Origin: the human T2T-CHM13v2.0 reference genome, Homo sapiens
Strand: one strand, 5' to 3'
Assembly: GCF_009914755.1 (NCBI RefSeq)
Contig: NC_060941.1
Length of the DNA stretch: 64,000 bases
This document shows, piece after piece, positions 55,063 through 64,000 of the stretch. The notes below the pieces were generated by a model that was not told the DNA's origin, did not search any database, and was given only the letters and a program-made list of their open reading frames with translations. The stretch's first letter is position 1; every line of letters begins with the position of its first letter. A program made the position numbers and the translations under genes.

Positions 55063-55611
55063 CTCAAGCTTCTTTTATAAAATAGCAGATTTATTGAGAT
55101 ATAATTCACATACCATAAAATCCATCCTTCTGAAGTGTAAAACGCAGTAGCCTTTAGTAGACTCCCAGAGTTGTACATCCATCACCACTACCTCCATTGG
55201 AGCTTTGAGGAAGGACAAGACCTTTTGTGCAGTCACACGGAGGCCACCTAGATGTTCTTCCCTCCACAGCCACTAAGGCCTTAGGCTCTGATGCAGAACA
55301 GCTGTCTTCCTCTGAGGCTCAGAGAGGGGGAGTGACTTGCCCAAGGTCACACAGCCTGCAAGCACAAGCGTGGTGCTTGAAAGCCAGGCTCAGACTCCTT
55401 TCTCTATGACAGGGAGGTCATGTGCAGGCTGGAGAAGGGGACAAGAGGTCCCCAACTTCTTTGCAAAGCTTCTCACCCTGTTCCTGCATAGATAATTGCA
55501 TGACAATTGCCTTGTCCCTGCTGAATGTGCTCTGGGGTCTCTGGGGTCTCACCCACGACCAACTCCCTGGGCCTGGCACCAGGGAGCTTAACAAACATCT
55601 GTCCAGCGAAT

Positions 55612-55721
55612 ACCTGCATCCCTAGAAGTGAAGCCACCGCCCAAAGACACGCCCATGTCCAGCTTAACCTGCATCCCTAGAAGTGAAGGCACCGCCCAAA
55701 GACACGCCCATGTCCAGCTTA
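55612..55721. repeat. 55-bp tandem duplication
   Basis: acctgcatccctagaagtgaag(c/g)caccgcccaaagacacgcccatgtccagctta, twice. Confidence 0.95.
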
Positions 55722-56329
55722 TTCTGCCCAGTTCCTCTCCAGAAAGGCTGCATGGTTGACACACAGTAGCCTGCGACAAAGCTGAATGCTATCATTTAAA
55801 AACTCCTTGCTGGTTTGAGAGGCAGAAAATGATATCTCATAGTTGCTTTACTTTGCATATTTTAAAATTGTGACTTTCATGGCATAAATAATACTGGTTT
55901 ATTACAGAAGCACTAGAAAATGCATGTGGACAAAAGTTGGGATTAGGAGAGAGAAATGAAGACATATGTCCACACAAAAACCTGTTCATTGCAGCTTTCT
56001 ACCATCACCAAAAATTGCAAACAACCACACGCCCTTCAACTGGGGAACTCATCAACAACAAACTTGTGGTTTACCCACACAATGGAAGACCACTTAGCAA
56101 CAAAAAGGACCAAACTCCTGGTACATGCAACTGACAGATGAATCTCAAACGCATTCCTCCGTGTGAAAGAAGCCGGACTCACAGGGCAACACACTATCTG
56201 ACTGTTTCATGGGAAAGTCTGGAAACGGCAACACCATTGAGACAGAAAACAGGTGAGTGGTTGCCTGGGGCCAGGGAACTTTCTGGGGTCATACTCTCTA
56301 TGTTGATTCTGGTGGTGGAAACAAGACTG

Positions 56330-56552
56330 TCCCAGCCTGGGTGATACAGCGAGACCCCATCTCTACCAAAAAATTAAAAATTAGCTGGGCATGGTGGTGC
56401 ATGCCTGTAGTCCCAGCTATTCACAGTGCTGAGGTGGGAAGATGCTTGAGCCCAGGAGTTCAAGGCTGCAATGAGCTATGATTGCGCCACTGCACTTTGG
56501 CCTGGACAACAGAGCAAAACCCTGTCTCTAAAAAAAGAAAAGAAAAGAAAAA
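56330..56552 (+). mobile_element. 5'-truncated AluJ-like element
   Basis: Right arm with gcttgagcccaggagttcaaggctgca and an A-rich tail. Confidence 0.88.
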
Positions 56553-56572
56553 CTCACTGGATATGAATGATA

Positions 56573-56796
56573 CAGGTTGAGGATCCATTATCTGAAATGC
56601 TTGGACCAGATGTTTTGAATTTTGGATTTTTTCATATTTTGTAATCTTTGCAGTATATTTACCAGTTCAGCATCCCTAACTCAAAAATTCAAAAATCTGA
56701 AATCCCAAACGCGCCAATAAGCATTCCCTTTGAGCGTCATGTCGGTGCTTGGAATGTTTGGGGTTTTGGATTTACAGCTTTGGGACGCTCAACCTG
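56573..56796. mobile_element. Non-autonomous Tc1/mariner DNA transposon (Tigger4a/MER46-like)
   Basis: Terminal inverted repeats caggttgag...ctcaacctg, flanked by TA on both sides. Confidence 0.85.
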
Positions 56797-57745
56797 TACC
56801 TCAATAAACCTGATTTTAAAAAAGTTTGGGGGGATTCCCCTAAGCCCGCCACCCGGAGACAGCGGATTTCCTTAGTTACTTACTATGCTCCTTGGCCATT
56901 TCTCTAGGTATTGGTATATTGTGTCTGCTGTGAACTGTCCTTGGCCTGTTTGGTGACGGGTGAGGAGCAGGGACAGAAGGGTCCTGCGTGCCCTGCCTTC
57001 ACAAGCCCCTGGAAGGAAAGTTGTTTTGGGATCTCTGCACCCTCAGCCTGGACAACTTGTGCCCATCTGGTGACCCCTCACTCAGCCACCAGACTTCCAC
57101 GACAGGCTCCAGCCTCGGCACCTTCAGCCATGGACAGTTCCGCCAGCGTTGCCCTCTGTTCTGCTGTTTTCTCTACCAGAAGTGCCCTTCCCTCCTCACC
57201 TGACCACTCTGGGGAAATCCCTCAGCACCCTCCCTGAGCATACCCTACTCTGGCACAAGCCCACCCTGCAAAGCCCCTGAGGCCCGCCCTGTGGCGTCTC
57301 TCCCTCCCTTGCTGTCAGGACAGTGGTCCTGGCCTCCGGGGCTCACGGAGCCGCCCTGTGCCGTGTACCTCTGAGCCCTCTGCACAGTGCCTTCTGCTTG
57401 CCTGTGGCTTTGAGAAGAAACCCCTTCTGGTTATACATAAGACAGCCAGAGAAGGGAGTTGCCCAGGGTGGCACAGCACGTTGCTGCCAGTTACTGCCAT
57501 TTTCACAGGCATGAAATGGAGATAACAACAGGAGCGACCGCACAGGCTGCTGAGCGCGTCACACGCAGCCATCGCGCAGCTCAGGGATATTACGTGTAAC
57601 TCGACATGTCAGCGATTGTCACAGGCACTGCTACTCCTGGGGTTTTCCATCAAACCCTCAAGAGCTGGGCCTGGGGTCAACTTCCAGCCTGGGGAAACTG
57701 GGGCAAGTATCACCAGAGATGAGCTTTATAAAAATAATGGTGCTA

Positions 57746-58050
57746 GCTGGGCATGGTGGCTTGCACCTGTAATCCCAGCACTTTGGGAGGCCGAGCTAGG
57801 AGGATCGTTTGAGTCCAGCAGTTTGAGACCAGCCTGGCCAATACGGCAAAACCCAGTCTCTACAAAAAATACAAAAAACAACTAGCCAGGCGTGGTGGTG
57901 CACACCTGTAGTCCCAGCTACTCAGGAGGCTGAGGGGGAAGGACTGCTTGAGCCCAGGAGTTTGAGGCTGCTGTGAGCTGTGATCGCATCACTGCATTCC
58001 AGCCCGGTGACAGAGTGAGTCACTGTCTCGAAAAAGAAAGGAAGAAATAA
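57746..58050 (+). mobile_element. Alu (AluJ-like)
   Basis: Full-length two-arm Alu with an A-rich tail. Confidence 0.94.
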
Positions 58051-58672
58051 AGAAAACAAATAAAAATAATAGTGCAGACAAAAGGCCTTGACCCATCTAG
58101 CTTTGGCCCTCAGCATCAACCGCTAGATACGTCCCTCCCTTTCTTCTGGGGCACAGGTCACACTCTCTTCCAGGTCTAGGATGCAGCTGAGGGGTGCCCC
58201 TCTTACCATCTAATCTGTGCCCTTATTTCCTCTGCTTTAGTGAGGAAGAGGCCCCTGGTCCATGAAGGGGCCTTTCAGAGACGGGGACCCCTGAGGAGCC
58301 CCGAGCAGCAGCCGTCGTGTCTCACCCAGGGTGTCTGAAACAGATGTGGAGGTCTCGGGTGAGGCGTGGCTCAGATACAGGGAGTGGCCCACAGCTCGGC
58401 CTGTCTTTGAAAGGCCACGTGACCTGGCCCACGGCTGGCAGGTGGGACCCAGCTGCAGGGGTCCAGCAGCACCCACAGCAGCCACCTGTGGCAGGGAGGA
58501 GCTTGTGGTACAGTGGACAGGCCCTGCCCAGATGGCCCCCCGCCTGCCTGTGGAAGTTGACCAGACCATCTGTCACAGCAGGTAAGACTCTGCTTTCTGG
58601 GCAACCCAGCAGGTGACCCTGGAATTCCTGTCCATCTGGCAGGTGGGCATTGAAACTGGTTTAAAAATGTCA

Positions 58673-59046
<374 letters not shown>

Positions 59047-59365
59047 TCAGAAAAAAAAACATATATATACGCAAACCAGTATCCTACTGTGTGTGTCGTT
59101 TGTTGTGTTTTCGACAGCTGTCCGTGTTATAATAATTCCTCTAGTTCAAATTTATTCATTTTTAACTTCATAGTACCACATTCTACACACTGCCCATGTC
59201 CCCTCAAGCTTCCCCTGGCTCCTGCAACCACAAATCTACTCTCTGCCTCTGTGGGTTGACCTATTCTGGACACGTCATAGAAATAGAGTCCTGCAACACG
59301 TGGCCGTCTGTGTCTGGCTTCTCTCGCTTAGCATCTTGTTTCCAAGGTCCTCCCACAGTGTAGCA

Positions 59366-59810
59366 TGCACCTGCTACACTCCTTCTTAGGGCTGATATTC
59401 CGCGCACCTGCTACACTCCTTCTTATGGCTGATATTCCACGCACCTGCTACACTCCTTCTTAGGGCTGATATTCCACACACCCGCTACACTCCTTCTTAG
59501 GGCTGATATTCCACGCACCCGCTACACTCCTTCTTAGGGCTGATATTCCACGCACCTGCTACACTCCTTCTTAGGGCTGATATTCCACGCACCTGCTACA
59601 CTCCTTCTTAGGGCTGATATTCCACGCACCTGCTACACTCCTTCTTAGGGCTGATATTCCACGCACCTGCTACACTCCTTCTTAGGGCTGATATTCCACG
59701 CACCTGCTACACTCCTTCTTAGGGCTGATATTCCACGCACCTGCTACACTCCTTCTTATGACTGATATTCCACGCACCTGCTACACTCCTTCTTAGGGCT
59801 GATATTCCAC
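59366..59810. repeat. 37-bp minisatellite (~12 copies) inside an antisense old L1 3' end (~59140-60050)
   Basis: Unit gcacctgctacactccttcttagggctgatattccac. The right flank tatccattcatcagtggatggacacttggggtgtttccac...ctgctatgaacatt is typical antisense L1. Confidence 0.95.
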
Positions 59811-60059
59811 TGCAGGGACAGACTTCATTTGTGTATCCATTCATCAGTGGATGGACACTTGGGGTGTTTCCACTTTTGGCTGTTGTGGATAGTGCTGCTA
59901 TGAACATTCCTGCACAAGTTTTAGGATGGACATGTTTTTCTTATCTCTTGGGTATATAACAAGGAGTGGAATTGCCAGATCAAATGGTGATTCTGTGTTT
60001 AACTTTCTGAGGAACTATCAGCTGCTTCCCAAAGTGGCCATCCCATTATTCTCATATTA

Positions 60060-60625
60060 TTTTTATTTGTTTATTATATTTTGAGAGTGTCTCGCTCTGT
60101 CACCCTGGCTGGAGTGCAGTGGTGTGATCTCGGCTCACTGCAATCTCCACCTCCCAGGTTGAAGTGATTTTCCTGCCTCAGCCTCCCAAGTAGCTGCGAT
60201 TACAGGCGCCCGCCACCACACCCAGCTAATTTTTTTATTTTTAGTAGAGACGGGTTTCCCCATATTGGCCAAGCTGGTCTCAAACTCCTGACCTCAGGTG
60301 ATCCGTGCGCCTCGGCCTCCCAAAGTACTGGGATTACAAGCACGAGCCACTGCACTCAGCCTAATTTATTACTATTTTTAACTGTAGAGACAAGGTCTCA
60401 GTATGTTGCCAAGGCTGGTCTCAAATTCCTGGGTTCAAGCAATCCTCTCAAGTAGTTAGGACTACAGGGACATGCCACTACACCAGGCTAATTTTTAATT
60501 TTTTTGTAGAGATGGAGGTCTCACTATGTTGCCCAGGATGGTCTCAAACTCCTAGCCTCAAGCAATCCTCCTGCCTTGGCCTCCCAAAGTGTTCAGAATG
60601 TAAGTGTAACTCACTGCACCTGCCA
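60060..60625 (-). mobile_element. Two tandem antisense Alus (AluS-like ~60060-60362; AluJ-like ~60365-60625)
   Basis: Antisense Alu arms. Confidence 0.9.
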
Positions 60626-61551
60626 CATACAATTTTTAAAGTGACAGAAATATGATCATGGCCATGGGAATGGTGCCCCTAGAGCTGTGCCACGAGGAGT
60701 ACTGGCCTCTTCATGGTGCCAAGATGTCCCTGAGGCCTTAGTCACCTGGGTCCTTGGTGTCCCCTAGGTCAGGGCCATCCCTCTGTCATTCCCCCTCCCT
60801 GAAGCACCTGCCCCTCCTTTCTGCTGAACTAAATTCCTCCCCAAGTCTCAGTTTTCCAGAGTCTCCCTGTGAGCTCACACTCATACCTACCTAGTTTCTG
60901 AAGAGCCCCGAGCACTGACGGTAGTCACTGTGGCACCTGTAGCACCCTCTCCAAAGGGTCGCCAGCTCCTGCCTGGCTCTCAGAGCTACACAGCCTCTCC
61001 TGACCAGGCTCACAGCTCCACAGCTCTGCGGCCCAGGCCACCTGGCATGGCCCCCTGAGTTAGTGTCTCTCCCCAGGCCCACCATCAGCCCTGTTGGTAG
61101 AGCTGGGTGGACTCTTATCCGCATCTGTAGCACCATTATAGGGCTGGGCAAATGTGGGCAGTTGCAAAGGCCTGGCAGAGTTCCTCTGCATCCTCCCCCA
61201 GCCTCCTGGCTACCCCCGGCACTGGCCCTGCCTTCTGTCCCCTCCTGCAACTCATGGCCCCTCCTGGGCCCCTCAGTCACAGAGAGGCCTGGACATAGCA
61301 TCAGGTGATAACTAATACCTGCATGACCCTGGGAAGCCACTCAGCTTCTCTGTCCCTCAGTTTCCCCATCTGTGAAATGGGCTGGCCATGCTTAACCCCT
61401 GGAGTTGCCAAGGTAGCCCATCAGGGAACACAGCGCCCCTGTACCTCAGGCACTCCCTGGGTGCCTGCCACCTGGGACCACGGAGCCGGCACACGGACCC
61501 CCGTCCTTGGAGGTGAAGACGTGGCAGGTGGTCACGCGCACGGCACACTCA

Positions 61552-61737
<186 letters not shown>

Positions 61738-62074
61738 TCACCTGCTCCCACCCCTCTCTTGGCCGTCCTTGGCCTCCTCTTCCTGAGCCCGCCCATCCGG
61801 CTGCTGCAGCCGGGCCTGGTCACGGTCCCTGGTGAGTGGCCTCACTGTGAACTCACAGCCCTTCTGTCATCTCTTCCCTCCCAAGGGCTCTTCCAGGGCT
61901 GGATCTGACCCACACCCTCCCTGTTCTTGGCTGCATGTGGCCTACGGTGGCCTTCACAGCCCAGCAAGGGCCAGCCCAGGGGTTGGCAACTGCAGCCCGG
62001 GGGCCAGATCAGGCCCGACGCCTGGCTCTGTGTGGGATGTGAGCTAAGCATGGCTCTTACCCTTATCTTAAACA

Positions 62075-62455
<381 letters not shown>

Positions 62456-62804
62456 GCCCCCGGCCTGGCGCGCTCGGCTTCCGCGGACGGTCTTCCACCA
62501 GGTCCTCCTCACAGCCCGCCCGGACTTTCCCTTGGCTTTGAAGCCGGGTCCCACCTCCACACCTTTGCGCACCCTTAATCCACAGCTCCAGCACCCTCCT
62601 CTGACCTCCTCAGTGTTCACCGTTGATAAATTCCTGGTCCTTCTGGGCCTGGGGGGCTTTTCTGACCCTCAGGGTGGGTTGGCCGTCCCCTCTGCGCGCC
62701 CACTGCCTCGGGTTTATCCTGTCATGGCCTGGTGTGGCCCCCTGCTTCCTCAGGGGTCTGCCCCAGCCTCTAAGTTCCTTGAATTTGGAACTCTACCTGT
62801 AAAT

Positions 62805-63072
<268 letters not shown>

Positions 63073-64000
63073 AGATAATACCTGCGTCATCTTTAATACC
63101 TCAGGGCTGGGCAAGGCCCTGGCACTAAGGGCCCACTGGAGGCTTGTACTAGTGAAGGCAGGAATGGAGGGACAGATGGTCCCCTGTGCGTTCAACCTCA
63201 TACAAGCAACTCCAGCCTGGAGGTTCAAAGAAAGGCAGAAAGGTCTGCCCATGACAATGGAGCCTGGTGGATGGAAAAGGGTCACCGTGGCCCCAGTTCC
63301 CTGAAGGTGCTACCTGGAGCCTCTCAGGGTGCTGGATGTGGCTCCCTCAGGAGAACCCCGAAGACAGAGTTCTGGTACATTCCTCACCCTGGAGAAGCTG
63401 GGAGCCAAGTAGGGAGCCCATCCAGTGCCTTCCCTGCCTCAGCAGCTGCCAGTGCTTGCCTCTCAAGGCAGATCTCAGCTCCAGGCCTCCCCATCCCCAG
63501 CCAGCCTGATGCTTCTCCATTCCTTGCCCTCCCGAGACTACCCGGCTTCTTCCTTCTGGCTGCTGCACACCCCAAACCCTCTCTCCTAGGCCCTCAGCCC
63601 CCCCAGACAAACCCAGCTTGAGCCCACCCACACACGCCCAGCTTGAGCCCTGTGTCCCCCTGGATCCCCTTAGGACTCTACCAGGCTCCTCTCCCAAGCA
63701 GCCCCAGCCACCTCCTTTTGCCCACAACCGTGCCCTGCCTAACACCAAAGTGAGTCCCTCTGGCTACATCTAACCCTTTCTGGAGATGAGACTCCTGTGA
63801 GGTGAGCAGGGATGTTGAGCAGGGAAGACATACATGCCCCACCAGCCACCTTCGCCACCTCCCACGCCCAGAGCAGACATGGCTAATCGATCCTAGCATT
63901 TGCCCTAGGCTCCAATGCCACCTCAGAATCCTTTTCAACACAGTGCTCAGGCAGCCATTCCTGGTGGATCAGGCCAGGCCTGCGAGATCTCGCTATCTGC

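Overview
This window is eukaryotic and reads as the tip of a human chromosome p-arm. The gene pair SCGB1C2 then DOC2B points to 17p13.3, probably from a telomere-to-telomere assembly. That assignment is from recall of the proteins and locus, not from a search. From left to right: (1) a 2.2 kb (CCCTAA)n telomere with TTCGGG/TTGGGG variant blocks, joined directly to a truncated Alu with no adjacent TAR1; (2) old L1/LTR debris; (3) a 63-bp tandem array of ~108 copies; (4) a small CpG/CTCF island; (5) an old L1MC 3' end in which one 114-bp segment is amplified to 158 copies (18 kb, with internal 1.9 kb and 4.0 kb duplications); (6) LTRs and a 49-bp array; (7) an internal, truncated TAR1; (8) three interstitial telomeric tracts around the complete 3-exon SCGB1C2 gene, two minisatellites and a CCAAT/GC-box tandem array; (9) the 3' UTR and last four coding exons of DOC2B on the minus strand. 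The 1300-1600 aa ORFs are artefacts of repeat units divisible by 3. I see no CRISPR, rRNA or tRNA, and no new protein-coding system. The best leads are non-coding: the AP-1/GATA array, the promoter-like array between telomeric tracts, and the fossil chromosome-end junctions. Repeat subfamily names are from memory of consensus sequences and need RepeatMasker/Dfam confirmation; most repeat boundaries are approximate.
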